A DNA stretch of 64,000 nt, taken from assembly GCA_036172245.1 (NCBI GenBank), contig JAYWIR010000054.1, positions 186,001-250,000 of the forward strand. Direction: 5' to 3'. This stretch comes from Raillietiella orientalis. Its lineage: Eukaryota. The first letter of the stretch is position 1; every line of letters starts with the position of its first letter. Shown one piece after another: positions 37,101-48,100 of the stretch. The notes beneath the pieces were generated by a model. The model was not told the DNA's origin. It saw nothing but the letters and a program-made list of their open reading frames with translations, and did not search any database. The translations under genes were made by a program, and so were the position numbers.

Positions 37101-38617
37101 AACGAACCAGAAGGCGACGACGATGGACTTGCAAACTGATGCCGCGGAGGCCAGCAGGTAGCCTCCTCCCACTCTCTCTGCCCGTCTGCTCGGGGATGCT
37201 CTCTCCTGCAGAAAGATGCTATCACGGATGGATTCGGAGGAAATCTCTGGATCCGCAGCCGAGGATTGCTCGTGAAGTGAGACACGGGGAGATGGGCGGA
37301 ACCAGCAAATAGAGAGGATGGGGGCACACTAGAAAGGAGAGTGCAGCTTCCACAGGGGAATCACTGGCCGCACGAACTGCAGTGCGCGAGGGCGGGCCGA
37401 GAAACTTCCCGGTGGGGTCGGAAGGAGGAGATCGCAGGGTCTCCAGGCTCGAAACGGCTTAAAAGCCTTCGGCGCCGTAAAGGGGACGTCCTGGTGATGT
37501 TAGGAGACCATCATGCTGGAGGGAAGAGGAATCCCAAGAGAGCGGTGATCCTCTCTGCGACTCGAAGATCCCTTCGGAGGTAATGAATTTGGTGTTCAAG
37601 GATGCTTCCGTCCCGCCAACCCTCCTCGACTCCCAGCATTCCCTCTGCCGAATCATCTCTGAGCCCCCTCGCAGGTTAGGGGTGGGCATCCCGGTCCACT
37701 CGGATGCTTCCGCAGACAAAGAGGAGGAGGGAGGACAGAGCGGTTGCCCGGAGCAAAGCGCCTCTGATCCTGCAGTTTGCGACGCCGAAACAGAGGGTTC
37801 AGTGCCTCCCTCGTGGGGAGAGGGGGAAAACGAGCAGGAACCGAGGAGTTCTCCCGGGCTTCTTTCGGTCTGGAGGCGTCGCCGGGAGCGACCGGACGGG
37901 AGAGGAATCCCGGGTAGAAGCTCCGTCGCACTACCCGGGATGCTTCCAGAGAGAGGGCTCGGGCGGTATCCTCGCTCCAACGCCGTTTCGGATGAGCATT
38001 CCCGGTTGCCAGCATTACACTTCTCCGATAGGGGAGGAGAAAAGCAGGGAAGGAGCGTCTTTCACTCCTCCCCAGCCGGAGGAAGGTCCGCGGGACCCGG
38101 GATTTCGGGAAGAAGGAAGGGGCTCTCTTTTCCTCTCCGTTCATCCCTTCTCGCCCCGACTTCCCAGTTCCGGGAAAGAAAAGGGAGAAGGTTCCCGAAC
38201 TTATTCGCCCTTCGCTTCTTTTCGGGACAGGGTTGTCAATGAGGCGGAGACCCCTTTCCCGGAGAACCCGGATTCGGACGGGGGGAGAGGGAGAGGGGGC
38301 GATCCCTTGACTGCCAGGCGCTCTCAGTCGCACTGTCTTCCTTCCTTCCAATTCTCCCGGCGAGGAGTAGGAAGGGGAGGGGAAGCAGCGTCCCTCCTTG
38401 TCGGTCCCGCGGGAGGTGGAGAGGGGCTCGCTCACCTCCTTCCTTCCCCCCCTGTGCCCAGGGTTCGCTTCCCGTCGTCTTTCCCTTCCCTTTCTCTCCT
38501 CCCTCCCCTCCCCATCCCCGCGGGAGAAGTCACGGAATGCGGTACTCACTTGAGGAGGAGAGTGCAGTGGAGCAGGGATAGGCAGAGCAGGCCCCAGGAG
38601 CTGGCGGTCCTCATCAT
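12960..38617 (-). CDS. Wnt7: Wnt7 secreted ligand, 5 coding exons: join(38617-38550, 33163-32934, 14964-14693, 13511-13175, 13111-12960); 352 aa
   Basis: Exon lengths 68+230+272+337+152 = 1059 nt, in frame, all introns GT-AG. Wnt motifs: [132 protein letters not shown] and the exon layout match Wnt7a/b as I recall them. Confidence 0.93.
13175..13511 (-). CDS. Wnt7: Wnt7 exon 4
   Basis: Acceptor ccaccttag|GCT, donor AAG|GTGCGT; encodes [25 protein letters not shown]...GRICNRTSK, including the conserved acylated-Ser motif. Confidence 0.93.
14693..14964 (-). CDS. Wnt7: Wnt7 exon 3
   Basis: Acceptor tttccag|GA, donor CAG|GTAAAC; encodes [14 protein letters not shown]...WGGCSAD...[11 protein letters not shown]. 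Confidence 0.95.
15455..15575 (-). mobile_element. Internal fragment of the SINE-like family
   Basis: gaatccaggaagagctc..gagtccgctcctct..aagggaactccgaaa..tttctccggagg matches 52965-53060. Confidence 0.5.
15722..16150 (+). mobile_element. Decayed non-LTR retrotransposon reverse transcriptase fragment
   Basis: Translates with stops/frameshifts to [14 protein letters not shown] (GVKQGCPLSPLLF), [13 protein letters not shown] (degenerate YADD) and [10 protein letters not shown], in the correct order. Confidence 0.75.
16470..17509 (+). mobile_element. piggyBac transposase C-terminal remnant with right end and TTAA
   Basis: LVTPHMERR...LRDSVLSVL...[13 protein letters not shown] resembles the piggyBac C-terminus and Cys-rich domain; the segment ends ...gcgaaaagg|TTAA (17506-17509). 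Confidence 0.65.
18720..20390 (+). mobile_element. 5'-truncated L1/Tx1-like LINE 3' end (interrupted by the mariner derivative)
   Basis: zf-RVT-like [16 protein letters not shown]; colinear similarity to 55230-55935 (tggggc.tcccgtgcaac, ggcaacccca..gacgtt, agatggcccc, ccggcatcctt..ggatgc, T-rich tract, 3' hairpin). Confidence 0.7.
19352..20293 (+). mobile_element. Non-autonomous mariner derivative (~940 bp) with ~380-bp inverted arms
   Basis: Termini TA|CAAGGCGCATCTCAAA and TTTGAGATGCGCCTCG|TG. Transposase remnants WDPKG, LRRAIQ..RRG.L.SGI.LLHDNAR, KFKWEL, EQLKTA...SQAAEF..PRYQK. 19354-~19736 is an inverted copy of ~19917-20291. Confidence 0.9.
20878..21326 (+). mobile_element. tRNA-headed SINE-like element, short copy
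   Basis: B-box GTTCGAATCC at 20928-20937, body shared with the 53298-54335 copy (ccgcgcgtggcacca, cctggat.ca.agggcgg, ccatcatcctaggtc..gatctcctcgtg), A-rich tail. Confidence 0.75.
24180..24320 (+). mobile_element. Degenerate LINE C-terminal zinc-binding motif
   Basis: Frameshifted C.PNCG...[12 protein letters not shown] resembles the CxxC..ExxxHxxxxC motif. Confidence 0.35.
24830..25490 (-). pseudogene. Decayed C2H2 zinc-finger coding fragment within Wnt7 intron 2
   Basis: [25 protein letters not shown] (TGEKP-type linker; second Cys lost) and [15 protein letters not shown]. Confidence 0.5.
25496..25851. repeat. Long inverted repeat (~160-bp arms, 32-bp spacer), MITE-like
   Basis: gtgacatctg (25649-58) / cagatgtcac (25691-700); tcttcattac / gtaatgaaga; agcccctaggggaccc / gggtcccttaggggct; agctgctcgtt / aacgagcagct. 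Confidence 0.9.
27593..28150. mobile_element. Possible non-autonomous piggyBac-like element
   Basis: Left end TTAA|CCCTTTGAGTGC and an AT-rich interior; no convincing matching right end found. Confidence 0.3.
30170..30540 (+). mobile_element. Decayed Ty3/gypsy-like gag fragment
   Basis: Frameshifted KLK...SDL...YRKQ...KRLL...C...LNEQLRDRF resembles the gag RRLAxxCxFGxFLxExLRDRF motif. Confidence 0.45.
30620..30875. repeat. Purine-rich (GA) low-complexity tract
   Basis: Almost exclusively G/A on the plus strand; similar tracts at 33430-33530, 34840-34910, 38985-39075 and 48400-48520. Confidence 0.85.
32934..33163 (-). CDS. Wnt7: Wnt7 exon 2
   Basis: Acceptor ttgttgttgcag|C, donor G|GTAAAT; encodes [29 protein letters not shown]...[19 protein letters not shown]. 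Confidence 0.93.
36444..36540. repeat. 42-bp tandem repeat (2 copies plus a partial)
   Basis: attg(t/c)tgcgcacg(g/a)ctcccgattgttgcgcccgat starts at 36444 and 36486. Confidence 0.85.
38550..38617 (-). CDS. Wnt7: Wnt7 exon 1 (signal peptide [22 protein letters not shown])
   Basis: ATG at 38617, hydrophobic signal-like stretch, donor AA|GTGAGT, phase 2 matches the exon 2 acceptor. Confidence 0.8.
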
Positions 38618-38845
38618 GCCGGGAGGAGCCCCATTCTGGGAGCGGGAAGGCGGCCCGGGGCACGCCGACCGCTCCGGGAGCGGAAAGGAACGCGGACGCG
38701 CAGGTGTGCTCGCGGCGCACGCCCTGCCACCAGCAGCCGCTTCCATCTAGTGCATCCATCGGCGAAGAGATGGGCCTCACACCATCTCCTCCCATCGGCG
38801 ATCCGCTCGGCTAATTGGACTCTGCGGCGGGCGGGCGGGAGTTGT

Positions 38846-38869
38846 TGCGCGTGCGCGCGCGCGCGCGCG
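38846..38869. promoter_or_regulatory. Alternating (CG)n tract in the GC-rich Wnt7 5' region
   Basis: tgcgcgtgcgcgcgcgcgcgcgcg, ~230 nt upstream of the ATG, next to a CCAAT-like taattgg at 38812. Confidence 0.45.
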
Positions 38870-39789
38870 AGGGAGGAGGGGGTGTGTGCAGAGAGGGAAG
38901 GAACGAGGAGAGGGCACGCGCGAGGGCGCCATGGGGGTCGTTGAGAAGCGGGGGGAAAGGGAGCTGATGCCGACAAAGTGGGAAGCAGGAGGACGAAGGG
39001 AGGAGGAGAAGGAGGAAGAGAGCGCTAAGAGAAGAAACAAAAAAGGGGAGAAAAAAAAGGAAAAGAAAAAAGCGAACGCGGGAGCTCCCAGCAGAGATAA
39101 ACAAACAGGGCGAGGGAGACTCACGAACAACAACAACCCATTGAGTTTCCTTCCGCACCTGCAAGCGCGCCTTCTTTCTTTCTTTCTTTTTTTTTTCCTC
39201 ATCCGTTCTTTTTTTTTTTTTCCCCTCCTTTCTCGCCTCTCTTCGTCTGCGGCAGTCCGATTGGTCGAGGAAGTGCGAAAGAGCTCGGAACGGAGACGCC
39301 AATTTCCTTTCCTCTTCTCCTCCTTCATTGTTTTCACCATTCCTCTCCCCCCCGTCTCCCCGACCTCACTAGGAGGCACCATTCCGGCGTCTCCGACTCC
39401 TTCCCTCACTTCGATATCCCGAGGTGTCTCCATGCTCTCTCGGGAACTCCTCGCCGCCTGGCCACCTTTCCCACCGCGCGCGTCGCGAACCTCGGGCACA
39501 GCTGGCGCAGCAACGGCAGGGGCATTCGCGCTTCCTCCCGGGTCCACTTTCCGAGTGGCCGCTGCCCAGCGACTCAGTCGTCGCCGGAGTCTCCCGTGCT
39601 TTCCCTGAAAACTCGGTATCCTCACCTCAGCATCCGACGCTTGAGAATCTCCGAGTAGGAAACCAAAGCTTCAGATTTCCTCGAGGTCAAATCCTCAGCT
39701 CCTTCCCTTACTCCCGATTCTTAAACTCCTTAAACATCAAAGAACGGTTTCAAAGAAAAAACCTCCTTTCATTTCATTTTTATGAACAA

Positions 39790-39991
39790 GAGTCTATAAA
39801 TAGAGAGCACTCGCAAGATATGAGTAAATGGGTCATTAGCACTACACGCACGCCATTGTTGGAGGAAATCTATAAATAGACGGCACTCGCGAGGTATTAA
39901 TAAATGGGCCTCTGCATGCACGCCATTGTTGGAGGAAATCTGTAAATAGACGGCACTCGCGAGGTATTAATAAATGGGCCTCTGCATGCAC
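39790..39991. repeat. 70-bp tandem duplication (2 near-identical copies plus 1 diverged) upstream of Wnt7
   Basis: cgccattgttggaggaaatct(a/g)taaatagacggcactcgcgaggtattaataaatgggcctctgcatgca starts at 39851 and 39921; diverged copy from ~39790. Confidence 0.92.
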
Positions 39992-41389
39992 ACGATTAGC
40001 AAACATCCATATGTATGCAAGCATTCATGTTGAAATTGCAGTGTTTCACCTGTCTGCTTGTGTGTTCGCAAGTCGATGAAACAAAGGAAAGGCAAAGGAC
40101 TGTTGAAAGCTTTGAAGGGACTGTTGAAAACTGTTGAAAGGACTGTGAAAAGCTCCGTAAAGTTTCTTCCAATGGGGAAGCATTCATAAAAGCACAAGAC
40201 CCCGCCAAATTGTTCCCTCGAGGAAAGGGAAGATTCGTCATCTCATCCTTCTAGAAGCTGGAAGGATTTTTAAAAATCGCAGAAATGCTCGTTGTTTGAA
40301 GTCTTGGGCTTCTTAGGAAGACGCTTCTCCTGTTCCGCCAGAAACCCAAGAGCATGTTCGTATATACGAGAGGATGCGACCACAGCAGCTCTTTGAAGCA
40401 ATTCCTAGCGCGGGTTTCCATCCGTGCATGTGCACTCGAAAGCAAGTCAACGGCATGGTTCCGAATGACATGAATTCCATTTTAGGCTTTTTCATGAAAA
40501 AGAAGGAAGATGAAACAAAACTATGTCCTCAGGTGAAAAATATTTTTTTATGAGCCATTTTTTGTTTGTGTATGTGTGCATCAGCAGGTAAAATTTTTAC
40601 CTCTGTTGCTGGAAGCAGCCGTTTTCTGAATCACATTTCTGTGTAAAGAAAGCGGCAGTGGGACGGCTCCTTGGTTTCCATGTGAATCCAAGGAGAAATC
40701 TGCACGCAAAGCTCGCCGCTAAGGAGTCAAAGCAATCAAATGTGGGATGTAAACCTTGGCGGCCCAGCTTCTTAATTGAAAATTCATCTCAGGACACTGT
40801 TACTCCTCCATTATTTATTCTTTTCCAAATTTAAAAAGAAAGCAAGTCCCTGATGTTAGTTTGTACTGTACAAAGATCAATAGATCCAGCGCCATCACAC
40901 TTCTGCGTGCTTGCTAAGGAGACGACTGTATATATGCGGGCTTGTTCAAACACAAAACATCCATCTGCAAGCATTCAGACAATAAAATTTGGTCGGATGA
41001 GTCACATGTGGCACATCGAAAGTGTCGAGGCTGCGAATCACGTGAGATTTTTTGAAACGGCCGTGCCATAGGTGGCACAGTGGCGTGACCTTCACCTCAA
41101 ACGCCACTTGTAGAGATCGGAGCCCCTCGAACAAAGATTTATGAGGGCGATGAGTCCTGTCAATTGAGTAATTGAACTGCGTCCCGGAAAGAAGCACTTC
41201 AAGAGTGCAGCGCTTCCGGTTTATCCCCCCTTCCTGAGTCAGGACAGTCTGGGTGCTCGGTTTTCTTTCCACCTACGACTCCTGTTTAGAGAAGACTGAT
41301 CAATGAACTGCCGCTCCTGAGCGCTCCCCGACCGTTCCACGCAGTTTCGTTCCCATGAAAGCGAATTGCGCTTTTCGTGTTTCGATCTC

Positions 41390-42110
41390 TTAGATGCTGT
41401 TCGCTGCTTCCGAAGACCCGAGCAAGTTTTCTTTTTTTTTTGTTCGCTGAGTCCTGAAGAACCGTTCGCCTCCTTAGGGGGGGTGATCGCTTTGATACTG
41501 TCCGCGCCACCCGAGGGCGAGTGTAACTCTTGAAGCTGCAGAAGATACCCCGAGAGGGATCATCCCATGAATCCAGGAAAGAATCCGTTCCACTTCCTGG
41601 TCGTCTCCTAGAGGAACCGCCTCTCCCCCATTCTCTCCGGAGGGAGCTGCCGGAAGAAGTCACTACTTATTTCCTCTCTAGAGGCAACCCGGAAAGGATC
41701 GGCTCTTGGAATTTCTTATCCGGAGGGCACCCGCAAGGGAACCGCTCCTGGTTTCCTCCTCTGAAGAGAACCCCGAAGGGACCTACCGAATTTCTCTGAA
41801 GAACTTTAGCCGAAAGGAGCAGAACGCTTCTTGACACCCTGGAGAGGTGCCAACCAACTCCATGATACGAAGTGGAAGGTTTCCCATGCAGTATAGCGTA
41901 TGGATCCACTTTCATAGCAGGAGGGAAATCCTTGATTCCCGGAAGGACCCCGGAGGGTCAACTTCCAATCCCGGCTAGCCAGTCAAAGGGAGCATCCGGA
42001 GGTTTCCAGCTTCATCAGTGCCACACTCGAACTGGCCAACCAGCGTCATCCTGCGGGGAGGGGAATTGAGACCCACGACGCACCCATTTCTCAGCGTCGG
42101 TCTTTTCCAG
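41390..42110 (-). mobile_element. SINE-like family copy (minus strand)
   Basis: Contains ccaaccagcgtcatcctgcgggg..cccacgacgcaccc, cccgcaagggaaccgctcctg and gccacccgaggg, which are reverse complements of segments of the plus-strand copies. Confidence 0.7.
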
Positions 42111-45100
42111 GGCGAGATTCCGCGAAAATATGCGAGGAGTCCACGGCCACGCTACCGCCAACGCAGGCAGTGGTGGCCCGCGAGAAGGAAGACAGGAACT
42201 GTACCCGGAAACGGGAAACGAAAGGAAGACATTTTTCCACCTCCACGCTGTGGAAAACGCCGCCTCTTCGAGCAACACGGAGAGGACGTGCGAAGCGCAT
42301 GTGTCCCTCCGTGTCGTCTCCGCGCTCCTGCCTAACGAGTAAGACAGCCTTGAGCAGCTGCCTTGAGAAGCAGCAAATCAGAATAACGTCGGCGTGTCCT
42401 CTCTCTCTAATGAATGACAGGTCGAATTCTCCGTCAGACCGATGGTTCAGAGAGGTGGTCATCAGAAGGAAGGGTCGGTTTTTCTGGGGGGGAGGAAGGC
42501 ATAATGGACAGGATGCGCAAGAGTGAGTGGTGGAATGATGGATGGTTGAAAATCTCGCGGGACGATAAAGGTGGCTGCCAGCTTGTCAGGAATGGATCGG
42601 ACGATGGTGTGAGCTTGAAGGAAGCTGCGCCGCCAGTTGTGCGACGAGAAGACAGGTGGTTCAGAACAGAAAAGCCTCGTTTCTGTTGAATTCTGTCAGA
42701 GAAGTCGTTTTTCCTCTTCCTCATCTGCGGTCTCGTGTTTGACTCTTGTCACTACCTTCCTTCTGGCTGTGCCTAAGCGCGGCCAGAGTGCTGCCGTATC
42801 TGCTCGACAACCACCGGAAAAGAGAGAGCTTCCCTCGACGAGAAGATGACCTGCTGCTTTGCCCAATTGCAACACAATAGTCATCTTCTCGTCGAAGCTC
42901 TCAAGATTTTGCGGTTCACTGAATACCGAAGAGCTTGCAGAGCCTCCACCAACCAGCGTCAGTCGCCGAGGAAAGAGCAGAATTTCCTCTGCTCGATCTC
43001 TCAGCCTCCTTTCAGTGCGGCCCAGAAGAGCACTTGGACGCGGGCTTGCGTGTTCCCGGCTTGTGCCTCCTTTGTCTTCAAGGAGGTTGCAGCCCTTCCT
43101 AAGGTGAGCTTTTCAGGTTGGCTAGAGACCAGACCTGCCCACCCTGCGGCCAACTTCCGCGTTTTGCGATGCACGCTGATACGGTAAATCTCGCCTGTGG
43201 CCCCAGCCTATGCAACAGCCGCGGCATCACGACGGAAATTGGGCGAAACTCGCCGTCGCCCTGCAACCTCCGAGCCTGGATCCCCATGGCTGCCAATGCC
43301 GCTGCTGGAGCACCATTGCCTCTTCACGTGAACCTTTCGTTTCGTGTTCTGGAAGTCCAGCAGGAGAGTCGTATTTTTTTAAAGGTTCTCCCGCGGCGAG
43401 GAAAGCTCGTCCATAAAGTGGCCAACTTCCCTTTCGAGGGAGTAAGGAACGTTGATCTCACTTTCTTCGCATTTGTCTTTCGAGCCTCTCGCAATGGGGA
43501 ATAGTGGGCCGATACCGGGCCTATCCGCGACAGGAAAGGAGCAAGCTCCGAACATCCCGTCCACTTCCAAAAGGTAGTTTAATACCAAATAGGCCACCAA
43601 ATAGGTGGTGTATCAGATATGAAGCTGATGATAACAGATTGATTTCCTAAAAAAAGAGAAAGATGTTGCAAGTATAGCAGGGATGGCTCTTCACCATCTT
43701 CCGGGAAGTTTCCCGCGCGCGTCGACCCATTGGCCGGCAGGCAGGCTTCCTCCTTCCCGTCCAGAGAGAACGGGAAGCCGAGGCAGCAGCAGCATCTCAG
43801 CGACGCGGCGGGAACATTCCCTCCTCTTTCCTCGCAGACCTCGTCGCTTTTGATGCTTCCCCACCCAAACAGATGCCCTGGGTCCACGCCCGTGACTTCC
43901 ACCTTTCCATCGGCGCGGTGCGGCTGCGCCTCAGGGCGTAGCACCCTTTCGTTCGGAGAGAGGCTCGCACGAAAGATTGCAGCAAGACGCGCGAGAGCCT
44001 CTTGGAGCCGTTGTGACGGTCCTGCAGAACCAGCGTAGATTGTGCGCAGACGACGAAGGAGCGCCGCCTCGTGGACCAGCGGCAGAGAGATGCCTCGCTT
44101 CCCGACGATGCCTGAAGAGTTGCACGTCGGAGCAGGCGCGGCCGAGGCATCCGCCAAGACGATCGTGCTTTCCCAGGAAAGGAAGAGCGGATTCATCCCG
44201 TTTCCCCTGTTTGCTCCCGGCGTTTTCTCTTTGATCTTGAAATCGGAGCTTCATTTCTGGTTTTCAGGCAGAAAAGGATTCGCTCAGCGAAATCCATGGT
44301 TTGCCCGCTGAAGCAAGCAGGTCTGGTGTCATGGACGTGCGAGTAATCAAAGGATGATCAGCTGCAAGCGGGAGGAGGAAAAGAGCAGCTTGGCAACCGA
44401 AGAGCAGTGGTTTCCAGGAATGAGACGGCAACAAGGTGACGGCTGCGCCCTCACCACGGGAGCGGAGCGTTTGGTTTGTGGCACAGTGGACCGGGAATCC
44501 AGAAGCCACCAACACTGATCACTGCTTCTTGCGCGTTGCGCTACTCTTCCGCAATCTGGAAGACGAAGACGGCTCTCCGATTTTTGGGGGTCGGATCGGG
44601 CGCTGGTGCGTGAGCGTGAAGGAAGCTGCGCCAATAAACGTATGTAGAGGGAGACGGCTCAGAAAGGAGGAACCTTCTCGCTTCGAGAGAGGGAGAAGGC
44701 GATCGGTGTGCCGGAAGTCTCTGGGGTGTATCCGAACCTACGTCGTTGCTGTCGCGTCTCTGTTCTTCCTCTCTGCCTTTGTGTCGTCTCTTGGTGCGCT
44801 TGTTTTTCCCGGCATGCTCGAAGAGCTTTTTACGCGCTGTGGAAGAGGACGAAAATCCCAGGCCCCAATCCTTCACTCCGTTCCCCCTTCCCCGTAGCGG
44901 CCGAGAGGGCGAGTCATAAAGTGTTTTCTGACCACTGTCCAGCTCATTGGGTCCTCCACTTTCCCTGCGTAGTGACCACCTGTAGTTCAAACCACTCTTC
45001 GGGAAGGAGCCACATCCCGAGTCTTGGCTTCTTGCTCCCGTCTCCGAAAGATGTCTTCCTGTTCTTCCACACTTAGGATGGTGAGATCAGTAACTTGGAC

Positions 45101-48100
45101 TGAGAGGCACAGCCGGAAGAATCAGACGGATTTGGATCAGGCGCGTTCCAGGAAGAGACTTAGCACTGAGATGTGATCTGGTGTCCCGAGGCGACCAGGA
45201 AGATCAAAGTCGATACCTCCTGCTGTTCCGGAGGAAACCGTGCAAAGAAATCAACTGCCTGCCACGGTGAGGATGACCGTCATGGCGCACGTGGCTTCGC
45301 GGAAGGCATCAGATGATGACCTGGAAGCCCAGGGGGCGGATGCGACCACATGAGAAGAAAGACTGTCAGCTGCAATGGTCAGCGGTCGCATCAGCAACCC
45401 GACCACGTTTGGGGGGAGGCATGATGAGCTGATGATGCAGATCAAGAGGCTTGCCTTAGAAGCATCGAGACTGGGAGCTGCCAGCCAGAGTGTTCCGGGA
45501 ACGGAAGTCGAGTCAACGCCATGCCTGGAGCTGAAGAGGAGAGGAGGTTCGAAAGGGAGGTGGCGTGCTCGGACGTCCGGCGCGGAAGAGCTCCTCACCA
45601 TGCTCGGGACGCAGGGGAGCAACCTCCACCAGCCCCAAAGGCCATCTCAGGTCATCACACTACCATTCGAAAAAGAAGTCGGTGGTTTCCGGGATGACAG
45701 GAAAAGGGAGGGAGGGGCGATTAGCAGGGTCTGTCGATGCACTCGTCCTGCAGAGGAATGCTGCACTCGGCTAGTGTGCTTCCCTGGAGCTCAGTGGAGC
45801 GACAGCCTCCTGGCTCATGGACCAACGTTAAGACCGTGAGGGAGTCGAAGATCCTGCAGAGACGAGCCGGTCATCCGGAGAGGCAAACTACGAGCTGGGA
45901 TCTGGGTAACGCAAAAGTGCTTCCGGTACTCCAGCGACTTGGACTGCAGCCCATGTCACACGGAAAACCGACTTCCAAATGTAGCCGGGTAACTCCAGCG
46001 GATAGCTCTCGCCTTGACTTGCTCTCGACTCTTAGAGCATCCGAAGAGACAAACGATCTCCCGCAGAATCCAGCAACGCGCCCGCCTGATACCGGAACGA
46101 GCTGCATCTGAGGGTGCTGGAAAAACCCCAGCAGCAGTGCAGAGAGTTTCCGCTCCCAGTCAGCGTGAGAACTTTCCTCCAGGCATTGCTATGCATCTCC
46201 TAGGTAGCTTGATGGAAGTGAAAGTTGGGCCACCTACCGGGAGGATGCCACTCACCAAGGGGGATGAGGGCGTCAGATCTGTCGGCAATCCGCCACCAGA
46301 CGTTGGTTCCGACCCCCGTCAGCATGACCCACGAATCCGCCAGTCGTAGATCGTCTAGCAAGCGGTCGAGCCCTTTTCCTGCTGCCCGGGACCCATGCCG
46401 CGGGAAGGGGAAGCTCACTCGAGTGCGACCGCTTCGCAGAGTCCTTTTCCCCTGGATGTCATTGCGGGAGCGGGACTCTCTTCCGCCGCGTCGCACTGAC
46501 GTCAGATCGCTCACCGCACGGGCTGGGCATGGCCTTGTCGAGTCCCCCGGCCCACAGATTCCTCGGCACATCGTCGCGCGCCACCTCTTCAACCCGAAGC
46601 CGCGAGGCGCCGCCGCCGTTCGGCAGAGCATCGCCGCTCTTCTCCTCCCTCGTGGCAGGAGAGCTAAAGCTTTTTCTCCCTTCTCTCGCCTCTTCGAGAG
46701 GTGGATGCTGCTGCCCCGACGTTTCTACCTCCTTGGGCGACCGCAGGTCTTCTCGCGGAGGACGCGAGCTGCGTGACGCCCGGATCAAAACACAACGCCT
46801 CGGATTCAATAAACTTCCGGGCGGCTCGAGCGTCGGGGCGAAGACGACGGGACAGCAACGAGGACGGCGGCAACAACATCAACACGAAGAAATGAGAAAC
46901 TTCCTTCCTCCTCCTCCTCGCGGCTGAACAGCCGTTGACATAGGAACCCGCGATCGCCATCCTGGACCGCCGTATTTCACTCTCAGCTTCATAAAAGTCA
47001 CTTCGATCCGACGGAGCCGACCGACGGATGCCGAACCACCGGAAGCAGCAAGCCGGCGGCTTCCGGGCGCTGCCGCGAACGCAGGCCTTGGCTCAGACGC
47101 GAGAATGCGTCTCTCTTGCGGCGGAGGCTGGAGACGACGGACAACGTGAGGGGAACCGGGATCGATCCAGCCGGACCGCAGGAGGGACGCGAACCATCGG
47201 ACCACCTCGAGGAGAGGCGCTGCCCCAAGACGCCAACCGCTCCGGCGCCTGCGTCCTCGTAGGCCTCATGAATGGCTGCGTTTCTTAAGGCCCGGTCTCT
47301 GGCGACTGCGCGAGGCGAGTCCCTCTCCTGACCCGCGGGCATCCTCCCTCAGAACTCATCTTCACGCGATCCCGTTTCCCGTAGCTCCCCTGGGATAATC
47401 CCGGAGAGTTTCTGCCCTCCCCCCCCTCCCAAACCTCCTGGCGCGGGAAGGCCTGGGGGATCCGGGACGGCGAGCGGCCCAAAGAGAGAGGAAGGGCGTG
47501 CTGATCTGCAGAGGGAGCAGCTGCCGCATCTCCAAGGCCTACGGAGGGCCGGCAAGGTAGAGCGAGGGAGGAGGCGAGCCGCTTCTCGGCCACGAGAAGA
47601 TGCGCGAGAACGAGCCCACGCAGCTGCAGTCTGCTCCAAGGCGAGTGCAGGTCGCATTCCCAGGTGAAGTTCCCGGGGGTCCTGCCTGTCGGCGGAGGTG
47701 CTCTTCCAGAGGCAGGATGCAGGAGGCGCCACGAAAAAGACCCGGAAGGATGCCGGCAAAGATCCGAAAGGGCACCCGTGGAAGCGAGCAAGGGGTGAGC
47801 GGAGCTGGGAGAGGATCCGCAGGCAGGCGGGACCACTACCTTTTGGGGAATCCCGTCGCCTCTCCTCCTTGGGAAGATCGACGTGCGCCCTCTCAGGTGG
47901 ATTCCTCCTGACCGGGAGAGGAGCGGCCTTGTAGACGGAGGGGCGCATCTGCAGACAAAAGACCGAAAGAAGGGCTGTCAGTTTCCTGTGGAGTCGCGCG
48001 GAACTGCCAGCAGACGCCACCGCCCGCAGCGGAAGGCGCGAGAGAAGCAGCGCAACTACCGCTCTTCGGCCTCCGCCAGACAGACGCGCGGCAGGTGCTC

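Noticed and set aside
37583..39625. Several overlapping 200-380 aa ORFs around Wnt7 exon 1
   Set aside because: GC-rich, low-complexity promoter/intron sequence that is open in many frames; no recognisable domains.
39848..39991. CRISPR-like array
   Set aside because: Head-to-tail tandem units without unique spacers, eukaryotic context, no cas genes.
41990..42025. Minus-strand CTGATGA..GAAAC minimal hammerhead-like motif in a SINE copy
   Set aside because: Stem II does not pair, the conserved U of the NUH triplet is missing, and I did not see the motif in other copies.
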